NCBI GenBank assembly: GCA_973895155.1
Contig: OZ316893.1
Span: 6,209,239-6,273,238, forward strand
Source of the DNA: Marsupella aquatica
Lineage: Eukaryota > Plantae > Marchantiophyta
Direction of reading: 5' to 3'
DNA: 64,000 nt
Part shown: one piece after another, positions 22,414 through 35,830 of the stretch
Layout: each line of letters opens with the position of its first letter
Position numbering within the stretch: position 1 is the first letter of the stretch
Made by a program: the position numbers and the translations under genes
The notes under the pieces: model-generated
Databases searched by the model: none
What the model saw: the letters and a program-made list of their open reading frames with translations, nothing else
Told to the model about the DNA's origin: nothing

Positions 22414-23770
22414 TCAAAAACGGATTACGAAGGGGAAGACCAAGGCATTCACTATCGGTGGGTGCCCTCGCTCAATCTTTCCATTTCCTTCTGGGTTGTA
22501 GGCAGTAGTGAGTTTGAGCTTGATGTTGAACCGGTCGAAAAATTCTGCAGCCTCTTCAGAATTCAACTCTCCTCTATCTGCTCTCATTTGCACAAAACAA
22601 CCATGACGTGCTATAACGTCTTCAAGTATGAACCTGCATACTGCTTCTGTAGTGTTAGAGGTTAAAGCCCTTCCTTCAACATAAGAAGATAAATCTTCTC
22701 TTGCAAGGACAAGGTACTTTGCCCCCCTAATTCCCCATGGCATGTGCACCACATCTACTATCCACTGAAAATGCAAAGAAAGAGGACTAGTGGGATTAAG
22801 TCCATCTCTAAACTGAACTTTAGAGTAATACTGACAACTCTCACAAGATCCAACATAGGATTTTACATCCACATACATGCCTGACCACCAGTACCACCTT
22901 TGAACCCGCTCATAGGTAGCTCTAACTCCTTGATGTCCTGCTTCAACAGCATCATGAGAATCCCATAAGACTCTCTTCTTCTCTTCATCTGTATCAAGAA
23001 CTCTACAAGAAACATGTCCTTTCTTCAAAGACCTTCTCCATAAAACACCATCCTTGAGCATGAACTTGTAAGCCTTCTTCCGTAATTGTTGAAACTTCTC
23101 TTCTTCATTTTAACAGGCCTTTGAAGAGTACTAAGGTACCTTCCAATCAAGAGCAACTCTCCAGAATAGAGCTCCTCTCGAAATGTTAAGACCTCAAACT
23201 CTCCATTCATTGCTTGAACTGCCTCCACTTCATTCTGATCATAGCGGGCTCTTGAAAGCATATTTGCTACTGGATTATCTTTTCCAGCAATGTGTCGAAG
23301 CTCGGGGTTGATCATCCTAATAAAAGCTATCCAACGTAGCATAGCAATGTCTGGAGTATCACAGTTAGCAATCATCCCTAAAAGTGGTAAACAATCAGTC
23401 TCAAGAATGATTTGTGCTCCAATCAAGTAGACTTTTTCTTGACACAAGGCTATCCTTGCTCCCCACAACTCTCGCTTGATTTGAGGGTAATGCCTTTGCC
23501 TTGCTGAAAAGATCTTAGCTCCAAACCTTGCTGCAAATCTTCTCCCCTTCTCATCATCCTGCCCTACCGCCCATCCAGCAGCATCAGGACTTGAATCTAC
23601 AATGACAATGATGGGTCTTCCATCATAGCATAAGGGACGTAAAACAAGGGGGCTAAGTAAGGCCTCCTTTAACCTTTGCATAGCCTCCTTATGTGCCTCT
23701 GTCCAAACAAAGTGCACATTCTTCCTCAATAATCCGTACAAAGGATCAACAATATGTGCAAAGTGAGGAA
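22414..23770 (-). pseudogene. pol: RT connection-RNase H-integrase remnant, frameshifted
   Basis: VDSSPDAAG, KRELWG, ETDCLPL; H..AGH..CESC; VDVVHMP, ADRGE, YNPEGNGKIER. Confidence 0.88.
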
Positions 23771-24361
23771 TCCAAGAGAAAATGAAACAGGGATATCATC
23801 CGGACTCCTATTTAGATCCATGACTTCAATAAAGGACAAAGATGATGCACTCCCACTCCTCTCGGTATGACACCACTGGGTATATTATTGGCTCATTAGA
23901 AACCATAACAGCAGTTGCAAACTGAGCTCCAAAATGATAGGTTAGATGTTGCCTCATAGATGGTTTGTCTAAAAGATGGACTCTAATAAAAAATAGATTA
24001 CGAAGTGGAAGATCAGGGATAACTCTCTCTCCTGGATTCATGATGGCTCTCCTATTCCTTTGCTATCCGGGCCAAAGGACGCCCCACCCCTATATTCCCA
24101 AAGAAACTTTATTCCCTAAGGTCCTATCTATAAGTCTACCACACATTCTTTTGCTATTCGGGCCAAAGGACGCCCACTACTATGTTCAAGGCACAAAAAA
24201 GCTTCACAACCTTGAATGATAAACACTGCGGAATGAGGGGAGAGTGCCCCTCACCACTTTATTTATAGTGCACACCAAGAGGGCATGGATTAAGCCCAAG
24301 CACTTGGATGAAGGCCAAGTGTCAAACATCTAATACCTAAGAGTGTGCTAGTACTGTTCAT

Positions 24362-24595
24362 AGTTGGTGAAACTACTTTTAGTAGGTGGAACTACCATGC
24401 GTTGGTGGAACTACTATACGTTGGTGGACCTACTATGCGTTGGTGGACCTATGTGCGTTGGTAGAACTACTGTAGTTGGTAGAACTACTATGCGCTGGTG
24501 GACCTATTGTGCGTTGGTAGAACTACTATGCGTTGGTGAATATTATTGTAGTTTGGTGGAACTACTCATATGCATTGGTGGAACTACTATAGTCC
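24362..24595. repeat. Degenerate ~19-20-bp minisatellite TTGGTGGAACTACTATGCG
   Basis: About a dozen imperfect tandem units. Confidence 0.85.
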
Positions 24596-24774
24596 GTTAA
24601 TATAGCTAAAGAAGTTTAATAAAGTCTAAATTTAATAATCTAACTACTAAATTACTTATATAATCTATAGCATATTAAAACAAATAATTTTTTATAACTT
24701 AAGAGAAATCACGACACCGGAAAAACCCACCTAGCTGGGACTAGCTTTGTAACATTGACATGAGGAAGGGTTCG

Positions 24775-26055
24775 TCAATCAAACCGAGCGTACCACTCAA
24801 GAATGATCTCGATGTGGCTAGCGAAGTATGCCTTCCCGCCAATGTACATCGTCTTCCTTCGCCGCTCCATCTCTTCATGGAATTTCTTAGCGAAGTACGA
24901 CGCCCACTTTCTAGGTCGATAGTTCTCGACCTGGATAACCTGGGCGGCAGAGATCTCCCCCCGGGGTTCCATCATGTGGAGGGCGTACCTTTGGAACTCC
25001 AGTCGCTCAGCTATCTTGGGGATGAGGCAGGTCCTCATCACGAACCCGTTGTCCACTGCTCCCTCTGAGGGAAAACTCAAGGATTGGTACTTGGCTCCCT
25101 TGCCCCCAGGAGCCCGTGATTCGACTCGATGGTCATCTTCGGGTAATCCAAAGATCATCTTGAGCCGTTCTTCCGTGAGGGACATATTCCTTCCCTGCAG
25201 CCGAGTATGTTGACGTGCGTCATCATAATTCTTGACGAATTCCGTCATGTCCTCCCCGTAGTACCTGCAAGTGTTCCAGGGGAGAGAGGCAAGGTGCTCG
25301 AATCCCTGAGTCTTCAGGTACACCGCATGCTTGGGATGGAGGATGTTCTTATGCACGTTTTCCCCCATGCGGTGCATTGTCACCTTGGCCACGGCTACCG
25401 TGGCCAATGGTAACCCGGATGCAGTGGCGGGTTCCTTCCTCTTCTTCCCCCGTGACTGGCTCGGGGAAGGTGACACCTCCCCATCCTCTCGATCGGGCAT
25501 AGGTAGTGCTACCGCCGTTAGTATTGGTCCTGGGGTGGCCACGGTCACCGTGTTGTCTGCTGGAGCTGCTCCTTGGGTCCGAGCATGGGGAGGGGATGAT
25601 GTAGTGTCGGCCCCCTGAGTGTTTGCTCCTCTGGGCCGCCTGAGCAAGGGTGGGGTAGCCTCGTCGTCGTCGCTAAGGTCCACAACGTTGATGATGGAGC
25701 GTACTTGTACGGCTGGCGGGGCGATCGGTGGTGGGGGTTGCCTAGACTGAGGCCGAGACTGAGACTGAGACTGAGACTGAAGCTGAGCCTGAGCCTGAGC
25801 CTGAGTCTGCGTTGGTGCGGGTACGGGTATGGGGTCCACTGGGCTGGCGCCGGCCGTTGCGGGTCTAGTTCCCATGAAGCTCTGCAGGTGCTGGTAGAAG
25901 TTCTCCGAAGCAAGTACGGACGACCTTGTTGAACGGGTAGTGCTGGACTCGCTGTTGATGATAGCCCGAACCTGAGCAGGGATGTGGTCGAAGTGATGTT
26001 GTTGCAAGTTGATCGTACCCGGGATATTGAAGACCTCGTCCGGAAGCCGAAGCAA
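24775..26055 (-). pseudogene. Fragment of the LTR-encoded accessory ORF
   Basis: Near-identical peptide to 7216-8466 and open across the 7936 stop. Confidence 0.88.
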
Positions 26056-26143
26056 TGCTTCCCAGAAACCGACAACGAGCGTTCACCAAGACAACGAGCG
26101 TAATGATGTTCATGAGGATGCTTCACACTTAAGTGGGGAGCTA

Positions 26144-29100
26144 TGTGACACGGGTAACGTGTCACTTAACGGAACCCAGGTCGTAGATTAGGCCTTATAC
26201 GGGCATTAGGACCGTAGCCATAGTGTAGAATAGCACGTGTAGCGGTCTGTTGCCATTATGAATAGATTAGGAGTAGGTTAAAATGACCGAATAATTACGA
26301 GTTCAGGAAGAGGATTATTACGCACGACCGGTGGCGGAGTAAAAATCAGTTAGAAGAATCACGCTTGGACCGAGGCGCCGACTTCAGCTCGTTATCAATG
26401 ACCAAAACGGCCTGGCCTTCTCACGCTTGGGATCATCCTGGCACCTCCATAAGAGAGGAGCCGATGGTGCTGCGGGCCATTTGCTCATGTCTATTTTTTT
26501 TGAATTCGTGGACGTCGCCACCCACTCGCCCTTCTGATCGAATCAAGTCGACCTTTACAAGGAGATTAGCGAGGGAGAAGAGCGGAATGTGGCGAGATTT
26601 AGTCAGGACGAGCGAGGCCTCCACGAGAAAGAGGACCAGCCGGGTGGGAACGCGGACTCAACAAACCGGACTACGAGCCGATTACGAACAAAGATACGCG
26701 AAGCTGGTGACCAAGGTAGCACTGGTTAATTGCGAAAGGATAGCCATCACCAGGGATTCCAGCTACAACGAGCTGCGAGACTACATCATTGAGCTATATC
26801 TCAGCGAGGAGGGGCTTAGATCGGTAGCTGAGGCGATTCTTGAGGTTCCAGCGAAGTTCTTTAAGCTGAAGGGCAGCCAGCGGCTTACTCAAGCGGAGTT
26901 CGACAAGATTCCAGGGTACCTAGACCAGCAGATCGCAGCCGAAAAGAGCCAAGAAGACATCAGCAAACAACAGGAAGCGGCGCGTAATCTTATGTTCCTC
27001 GGGGAAAGCTCCAACGCCTTCAACTGGGATATGGCTACCCCGATACCACCGGTGCCTCAGCCGATGACCACCGGCGTACCGCCGAACAGGTCCCAAGTCC
27101 GTCCAGTAATCAACACAGAGTGTTCTTCGGGTTTCGAGCAAGCTAGTCCGCAACTCGAACAGCGTCCTCGTAAGCGGCCAAGGACTACGACAGCCCCCGA
27201 ATCAACAACGCGGACCAACGCCACGCCTGCACCTGCCCCGGTAAACCCCTCGACCAACCAGACCCGACGGCCCCCGGATAACCCGAAGTCCAACTTATTA
27301 CAGGTAATCCACGTCCTCGAAGTAGTCTGGATCGCGATCAAGAAACTCGAACATGCGGACTATCTAAAGGAGCACCAGTTGGAGCAGTTCACTCACTTGC
27401 TTTGGAGGCCGTGCGCCGCCGGGCCGAAGGAGATTTGTGAGTTCATCTCCAATTTCGACACTGACGCGTCGACCACCAAGGTTTCGGGGCACGCCTTATC
27501 ACTCATGGAGCATCGGTTAACGCAAATCTTCTGCCTACCTACCGGGCCAGTGCCGGTGGAAATCTGAATTCGGGATAAGGAGTATACGCCGCGGCACTTC
27601 AAACCCGAGGGTAAGACAGACAACGGATACAAGCAGGGGGTGTGCACCAACTTAACCTGTATGGAGCGGCTTAACTTCATACAGACTACCCTACACATGA
27701 TTGAGCCACGATCCGAGATTTCCCTCTGCACGATCGTGCAGGTGGAACAGTACAAACAACGAAACTGGGCCCAATTCTTCTACCGAAGATTCTTAGGGGA
27801 GCTGAAGCGGGCTCAGGGTGGTATGGCTATTGGGGGGAAGACTTACTTAGGAAGTCATATCGCCATTATCCTCGCCTGGTACAAGGCACGGCGGGAGGCC
27901 AGAGGAAAGAATATGGCCACCCCCGCCCCGGAGGAGGCAACCCCGAGCACGCGGACTACCGTCCCTCGGGCAAACCCCGAGCCGGAAGCCCCGACTAATA
28001 CTCCGCCACCTCCTCCTGTGGAAATTCCGCCGCCCCCTTCCGTTGAGCCTCCACTACCCGCAGTACAACCACCCCCAATCCCTCCACCACCTGAAGATAT
28101 CTTCCCCTCCCCAGCACTGACTACAGAGGAGATCGTTGCTCCACCCGAGGAGCCACCGGTACCCGAGAGGATGGAGGACTACCAAGTAGCCCCGGGGACC
28201 ATGGCCTACGACCTGGTCCTGAAGTTTAGCCAGACTATGTCTGGGGAGCTGGCAACATATATCGGACAACAAGTCTCGGCGTACTTTCAACCAGCCTTCT
28301 TCATGTTAGAGCACCAACCACGGATCGTAAGCCGCTTGGAAGAAGAACTCATGGCGAAGGGGAATGAGATCGGGCGCCTCCAGATGCTGGTAGAGCACCT
28401 CGAGGAGGAGGCAACAACCCGCCGTGAGGAGTTAGTCCGCACCGTCGAACAGAGGGACGGACTAACCCAGGAGTTAAGCGGAGCGCAGGCCGAACTCAAG
28501 AAGTTGGACGACACCATGCTTCAATTATGCTCAGAATCTTTGGCTCGGGTTACCAACCTGACCGACCTCAACAAACAATTCCTATAGGCAGCACAGCAGG
28601 TGGCTAGTCTCTCTGCCGAACGAGATAAATTGCTAGCGTAGGACCAGATCCATCGCGACTCCATCGACCAGCTCAATCTGGAGGTAGCGCGGCTCTAGAC
28701 CGAGGCCGATGAAGCTGCAAATGAGGCGGAGGAGGCGGTACAGGACAACAAGGCCTTGCAGGACCGCATTACCCTGCTCGTCCTCCAGCGGGGAAAACCT
28801 GGGCCCACCTCTGATCAAGGCGGCTTGAGGTCTCGTCCCGACAAGGGGACCAGCCCTGGTCCAACCACTGCACACACGTAAGGGGTAGTTAGCGAAGGGT
28901 GGAAGCAGGTGCCGCGCGAGGCAGTTAAGTCAACGACATCTTTTGGTTAGGCGTAACGACAGAATGACGGTTATTAGGCACCGATTAGCGGCAGTAAGAA
29001 GAATTAGGGCCGGATCAGTTAGGATCAGCCAACATAGGATGGAGTCCATCAACGGACTAGAGTTTGTCAGTAGGATTGGCCGCTGCCATCCCGGTCGGCA

Positions 29101-29863
29101 CCTTGTCGTCGACGGTCAACCAGTCAGTGCGGTGCGGCCAGTAGTCAGTAGGTAGTTAGTCAGTAGGTAGTATCCCGGAAGGCAGTATCCTCCGGCTCTC
29201 CTCCGCGATTGTAGTATTTAGGCTTCCCCTTCCGCTATGGAAAGGGGAGAAGGCTTAGTTATCTCAGCAGAAGAGAGGTGAGGCACGGGGAGTCCCGGCC
29301 TGAGCAGGGTCAGAGCGCATCAAGGAGTGAGAGCCAGAGTCGAGCTTGCTGGGCAAGTGCGAGGCAGGGCCTCGTAGAGACTGGGCATCGACTGCTGTTG
29401 GGCCCGCTGACCCCCTTTGAAGTCGAGTCAACCATGTAAACTGATGCTTCGCTGAGTAAATGTAGTCTTTTCCCCCTAATGTTTCCGCAAGTAACTGGTG
29501 TTGTGTGTATACTTTGTCTGGATAAAGACGCCATTTTAAGGGACGTACCGGGTGCGGACTAATGGTAGGGATTGCCACTCATTGTATGTCACAAGGTCCT
29601 GTCGTGTCGATGGCTTGAAAGGCCCCAAGCCGGGAGTTAGTCCGAGTCACTAACTGAGGGAATATTCCAGCGGTGGAAAACAAATATACCTATGACTAGT
29701 ACAAATTATGCAGGTGTTATACCAGTAAGTAGATCGACTTAGCCCGACTTAGGGCTAATAGAGGTCACTACACACCTCCTTGCCCGAACCCTAACCCTTA
29801 CTGGTGGTCGAGGTCGCACCATGGCACTAAACTGGATTTAAGGCCCTGGTTAGCGGCGTGACA
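26144..29863 (+). mobile_element. Family-2 long LTR (3720 bp), preceded by ~73 bp of its pol end and PPT
   Basis: AAGTGGGGAGCTA|TGTGAC...GGCGTGACA; upstream peptide DVHEDASHLSGELCD matches the family-1 pol C-terminus DVREDASQLSRELCD. Confidence 0.85.
26463..28881 (+). pseudogene. Family-2 LTR-encoded accessory protein, four in-frame stops (start uncertain)
   Basis: ERLNFIQTTLHMIEPRSEIS..RNWAQFF..IGGKTYLGSHIAIILAWY aligns with ERLEFQRYALHMMEPRGEIS..RKWASYF..IGGKAYFASHIEIILEWY; C-terminal coiled coil. Confidence 0.82.
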
Positions 29864-30410
29864 ACGGGAAACACCACCGCCATCCAAGCCGCGACCTTCT
29901 CTTGGTCCACCTCGATACCCCGTTTGGACACACAATGCCCGAGTAACACTCCCTCCTCTACCCCAAAAAAGCATTTAGCGGGATGTAGTTTGAGGTTAAC
30001 CTCTCGGCATCGTTGCAACGTACGTCTTAGGTGTTTGGGGTGCATGGCGACAGTTCCAAAGATGGCGAAGTCGTCGATAAATATCTCCAGAAATTCCCGT
30101 AGGAAATCATGGAAGATATTCATCATGAGTCGCTGAAACATGGCGGGAGCGTTACACAGTCTGAACGGCATTCTCCGAAATGCGAAAGTCCCCCATTCCG
30201 TAGTGAACGTTGTTTTGAGCTGATCCGAGAGGCAAATCCAGATTTGGTTATAACCCGAATACCCGTCAAGGAATGTATAAATTTCATTTCGGGCTACCAT
30301 ATCTAGAACCATATCCGTGAATGCTAATGGGTAATGGTCTTTTCGGGTCGCGTCGTTCAGCTTACGATAGTCCTGACAAATCCGGATCTTAGGTTTTCCG
30401 TCCGTTCCCT
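29864..30410 (-). pseudogene. pol: Family-1 RT remnant
   Basis: Near-identical to ~3975-4519 (FLDGYSGYNQI, FIDD). Confidence 0.92.
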
Positions 30411-32353
30411 AAACATCGTCTTCCTTCGCCGCTCCATCTCTTCATGGAATTTCTTAGCGAAGTACGACGCCCACTTCCTAGGTCGATAGTTCTTGACCTG
30501 GATAACCTGGGCATCGGAGATCTCCCCTCGGGGTTCCATCATGTGGAGGGCGTACCTTTGGAACTCCAGTCGCTCAGCTATCTCGAGGATGAGGCAGGTC
30601 CTCATCACGAACCCGTTGTCCACTGCTCCCTCTGAGGGAAAACTCAAGGATTGGTACTTGGCTCCCTTGCCCCCGGGAGCCCGTGATTCGACTCGATGGT
30701 CACCTTCGGGTAATCCGAAGATCATCTTGAGCCGTTCTTCTGTGAGGGACATATTCCTTCCCCGCAGCCGAGTATGTTAACGTGCGTCATCATAATTCTT
30801 GACAAATTCCGTCATGTCCTCCCCGTAGTACCTGCAAGTGTTCCAGGGGAGAGAGGCAAGGTGCTCGAATCCCTCAGTCTTTAGGTACACCTCATGCTTG
30901 GGATGGAGGATGTTCTTATGCACGTTTTCCCCCATGCGGTGCATTGTCACCTTGGCCACGGCTACCATGGCCAATGGTAACCCGGATGCAGTGGCGGGTT
31001 CCTTCCTCTTCTTCCCCCGTGACTGGCTCGGGGAAGGTGACACCTCCCCATCCTCTCGATCGGGCATAGGTAGTGCTACCGCCGTTAGTATTGGTCTCGG
31101 GGCGGCCACGGTCACCATGTTGTCTGCTAGAGCCACTCCTTGGGTCCAAGCATTGGGAGGGGATGATGTAGTGTCGGCCCCCTGAGTGTTTGCTCCTCTG
31201 GGCCGCCTGAGCAAGGGTGGGGTAGCATCGTCGTCGTCGCTAAGGTCCACAACATTGATGACGGAGCGTACTTGTACGGCTGGCGGGGCGATCGGTGGTG
31301 GGGGTTGGCTAGGCTGAGGCCAAGACTGAGACTGAGACTGAAGCTGAGCCTAAGCCTGAGCCTGAGCCTGAGTCTGCGTTGGTGCGGGTACAGGTATGGG
31401 GTCCACTGGGCTGGCACCGGCGGTTGCGGGTCTAGTTCCCATGAAGCTCTGCAGGTGCTGGTAGAAGTTCTCCGAAGCAAGTGCGGAGACCTTGTTGAAC
31501 GGGTAGTGCTGGACTCGCTGTTGATGATAGCCCAAACCTGAGCAGGGATGTGGTCGAAGTGATGTCGTTGCAAGTCGATCGTACCCGGGATATTGAAGAC
31601 CTCGTCCGGAAGCCAAAGCAATGCTTCCTAGAAACGGATATATTTGTCTCCGTTGAAGAAGTACCCAGATACCTCTGCTGGTCGGTAAAGCTCGCTCTGA
31701 GACGGGTAGTCAAAGTTAAGGATATAGTGGTGTCGTCTTGCTAGGCAGATGGCTCTCTCGTACTCGCATTCGATTTTGTATCGGCATGGGTTGGCGTGTT
31801 TCAATGAGTCGGCCAAGTGTCTTCCGGTAGATAGGAACTGCGTCCAGAATCAAATGGCCGAACTTGAGAGGATCGTGTGTGACATTCAGAGGAGATAGTA
31901 GTGGCGACTAAGAGAGAACGAGAGAGCTGGGGTCGAAGCTGGCGCATGGACTGATGGACTGGTGCACTACAAAGGGTCGGCTCCCTTTTTATACCTTGAG
32001 GGCTTGTCGATCCCCTGACATCTCCTCGTTGCCTATAGGCTGAACCGTTCACGCTTGTAGTGTGCCAGCCACTTTGTCGGTCTGAGTCACCGCGTGTCAG
32101 TGGACGCCTCCTGAAGTTCGTTATACGGACCTGAGGGAGGGGCCCCTCCACGCTCGTAACCCGGGCGTGCGAATGGCGACACGCCGCCAGTCTGAACATG
32201 AATTCCCCTTATTGACTAATGATTTCCTACTTATAATGGCTTCCTAAATACTATCGTTATGCTAATCATAGCGGCCTAAGATACCCCTAACGCGTGTGCT
32301 AAGCACGGTTTAGACCGAATTACTCATTACTCACCATACCGACGGTGTCACAT

Positions 32354-33953
32354 ATGTCGGAGTTCATTCAGAACTTCGACGAGGCCCGTCAACAAACCCG
32401 GGCGCACGGGAGAGTGATGTGTCTCAATGAGGCAGGTCTAAAGATGATTTTTGGTTTACCCGAGGGGATAAACCGAGTAGAGTCACGGGCTCTTGGGGGC
32501 AAGGGAGCTAAATACCAGTTCTCTAGTTTCCCGCCCAAGGGGATAGTGGACAATGGGTTCTTAATGAGGACATGCCTCATCCCGGAGGTAGCAGAACGCC
32601 TGGAGTTCCAGCGGTATGCCCTCCACATGATGGAACCCAGAGGAGAAATATCGGCCGCTCAGGTCATCCAGGTGGAGAACTATCGGCCCAGGAAGTGGGC
32701 GCCCTTCTTCCTCAAGAAGTTCCACGAGGAGATGGAGCAGAGAAGGAAGACTTTGTACCTTGGTGGAAGGGCGTACTTTGCTAGCCACATTGAAATCATC
32801 ATCGAGTGGTACGCTCGTTTCGACCACTGGAGCCTCCCGCGTCTCAACGAGCCCGAGCTGACCCCGCCAAAATGGATGTTCCCAGCCCAGGTGAGGCGAC
32901 CGCAGCCCGAGGCCCAAAGTCTGGCAGCTGCAAGTCCTGCTACCCCGGCCCCGCAACCCGCCGCTGCCGCCTCGCCAGGCATACCCCATTGACGTTATCG
33001 CGACCTTAGATGCGATCAATCGGGACAATGCAATCGAAGCCGGGCCGAATGAAGCCATACCCAAAGCAGATGCCACGGTAGCCGAGGGGATTCCGCCACC
33101 CCTCGCGGTGGTGCAGGAGAACCGCCCACCTCCAGTGGAATCAGCCCCTTCGACCGACTTACCTCAAGGGCTGGATGTGTCCACTCCTACTCCCGCACAG
33201 GTTGGAGTCTGCCCGTGCCCGAATCCAGATGGACACAGTCTAGATCATCCGGAACTCTTTGCGTCGGGCACATTTCTGAACGGGTTGTTGGGAGATTTCT
33301 CGCAACAAATCTCTCGGGACACCGGGGAATACATGGCCCGGAGGGTGGCCTACTTCTTCAACCAGGAGTTGGTTGCGGCTGTAAGGGCAGGACATGCGCA
33401 AGCAGAGACAGCGCAGAGAATAGAGCGATATTGGGTTGAGTCTGCCTCCCTGAAGGACGAAGTGGCAACCCTAGAGGCTGAACTCCAGCAACTACGGCCT
33501 CAGGTAACGGCCACGGAGGATCAAGTTGCCAAAGCTAAGGCCCGAGCAGCTTTAGCAGAACAGGCCAGGCTCGGAAAGGACATCGAGATCGCACGGCTCC
33601 GGGCCAAGATTGACGGTTTGAAGGGACAAACCGTCAGTTGGCAAAAGGATCTGGAGGAAGCTGACTCTAGATCTCAGCGGGACACAGCCGAGATTGACAC
33701 CCTGAAGACAGAGGTGGCGCGGCTTCAAGGAGAAGCCACAAAACAGGCCCAGTTGGTGGATAAGCTGACGAGCGACACCCAGCAACTGGAGGAGGCATGC
33801 CAGGAGGCCGCGGAAGAGGTGGACGCGGTGAAGCGGGAGAAAGAATCTCTGCTGGACCAGGTCCAGCTACTCAAGCAGGACGCCGACAGACTCAGAAGGC
33901 AGCGGGATAGCCGCTCCCACTCAGGCGGTTTTGGCAAGCGTGCCAGGCATTAG
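32354..33953 (+). pseudogene. C-terminal part of the LTR-encoded ORF (subfamily b), frameshifted near 32980
   Basis: Homologous to 7996-9594; ends GKRARH*. Confidence 0.85.
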
Positions 33954-34849
33954 CGGCGGAGTAGGATTAAAATAGAGTAGGAGTAGCTAAAGTAGGCTAT
34001 AGGGACAAGCACCTGCCCTAGTTAAAGCAGCACGGCCATGCTGTACAACCTGCGTAGATTAGGATCTTCTAATAAGACAAGCCGTTTTCCGGCCTGACAG
34101 CCAGCTTAGTTAGGACCTTAGTTAGCAAATCTTTGGGCGAGAGGGCACTCTGTTCCTCGGCCCTTAATATTTAGTGCACCCCTCGGTAGAGGCAAGGCGG
34201 GGGATTTTTAGTCTTAGTGTTGGACATCTGCGGTATGTGCGGGGAGTCCCGACCTCTGGGAGTGAAAGAGTACCAAGGGGAGGGTGTAGGACTAAGCTTG
34301 CTGGGCAAGTGCGGAGCCAGGGTCCGTTGTAGTGTACACCCTTGGCCTTGGACCTGTTCATTCCAGAGCTTTCGGGTCAACTAAGTGTACGCATATGTCT
34401 CCTATGTAGTAAAATCCTTTCCCATTATTTCCTTCGTGTAAATCGAGATTGTATGCTTGTGCGTATGTATATGTGTGAATCTCGTGTATAGGTGCCAACG
34501 CTTGGCCAAACGCACTACCCAAGTCGTGCACGGGGTGCAGCTTGCGGGGAAGTGGTTGCGAGCCCGGGTTGAGTACCCATACCATCGAATCCGAATTGAA
34601 GGCGGACAACACGAAGGCTTAGAAGCCCATAAGCTGGGGTCGATCCTGCTATCGACTGAGGTACGTTCCGATGGTGGAACACAAACCATACCTAAGAGGT
34701 GTCCGTATATGACAATAGGCGCACTTAGTGCTAGTTTATGTGAGTTAGGTGCATTCTATGCCTCCCTCCCTGCCCGAACCCTCATTTTGACAAAGGATGT
34801 GCCTGTCTAAGCCGAAGCCCGGGTTAAGGCCTAGGCTGACAACGTGACA

Positions 34850-35416
34850 ACGGCCATAATATCTCGGGCAAAAAAGTGTCATTCGAAGCTGTGTGAGTAA
34901 ATGGATTTGGAAACAATCCATTCACGTCATAATTCAAAAATGCCTTCAATGGAGAATCATCAATAAGAACTGTATTAGAAGCATCATATTTTTCTGGAAA
35001 ACGGTCCCAAATGGTTTGCAGATTCTTCAAAAGTAAGTTGGCCTTCCCGTCTGTTATATCTGGCCTTTGGATGCAACTATCAAAGGTATCTTCTTGAGTA
35101 AAGACAAACTTGAACTTCTGTCGCTCCTCCTCAGTGAAAATCATCTCCATTAAGTCCATTGTTTTTGGCCTCCTCGCATAGGTCCAAATTGTGACGTCAA
35201 AAGCCATGAAAGCTGCATATAGAAATTCATGGAGGTAGGGGCGCTCCACATACATGAAATTAAACCCTCCACGTCTCCCCCAGTGCACACCACGTTAACT
35301 TGTCTGATTTCGCCATGGTCCTGAGCTTCTGGTCTTAATGCAATCCCAACAAATCTTGTTAAGATCAAGAACCAAGAGCTTTTGCCGGATCGGAGAGTGT
35401 AGTATTGGAGTGAAGT
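34850..35416 (-). pseudogene. FCP1/NIF-like HAD phosphatase domain, 5' part
   Basis: KLLVLDLN (~35380), one in-frame TAA, then ERPYLHEFL, VTIWT, LLKNLQTIW, YDASNTVLIDDSPLKA; cut by the LTR at ..EILWP. Confidence 0.8.
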
Positions 35417-35830
35417 CTGGAAACATTAAAATAAACCCTTAGTCAATGTCACTCAAAGTTTAAACAATTACTACCGAGGAAAAATCTCAAAATTTGAAAT
35501 CAAACAAACTTTGTTATAACATTTGAAGGAGAGAGGAACGACCCTGGGGCGACCCTCCTAGAAAAACAATTACATTCAAAATTTGCTATTTTTTAGATCC
35601 AAGGTATACCTGGGTCAAACCCTTCCTCCACAGCAACGCTTTCCGAGGGAATGCCATTAAAATCATTTGAGGAAGGAGATTCTACGATGCAACTTTGGTC
35701 TGTAAAAAAATATATTATTACAAAGATAAAGCTTAGATTGTCATTAAAATACCAAGAACCAAAGAAAAGGCTAATAATTTCTGATGTTAAAATGCCCAAA
35801 TTCATCTATCGTCTGATCACCTAGAACACT

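Larger units (their letters stand above)
21970..24716 (-). mobile_element. Internally deleted Gypsy element of a second type
   Basis: TGT..ACA termini; CCGG on both sides restores the host LTR-ORF; ~245-bp direct repeat (~22198-22440 and ~23771-24012) flanks a pol remnant. Confidence 0.75.
13468..32352 (-). mobile_element. Deleted two-LTR family-1 element with TSD TATGT, hosting three further insertions
   Basis: TATGT at 13463-13467 and 32353-32357; 5' LTR part 30411-32352; RT remnant 29864-30410; 3' LTR pieces 24717-26069, 21709-21969, 13468-15177. Confidence 0.88.
13353..34849 (+). mobile_element. Family-1 (subfamily b) LTR, 3' portion: 13353-13467 plus 32353-34849, split by a nested element
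   Basis: ..RYYGQ(V)M at 13.46 kb continues as MSEFIQNFD at 32354; ends CGTGACA at 34849, followed by ACGGC. Confidence 0.85.
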
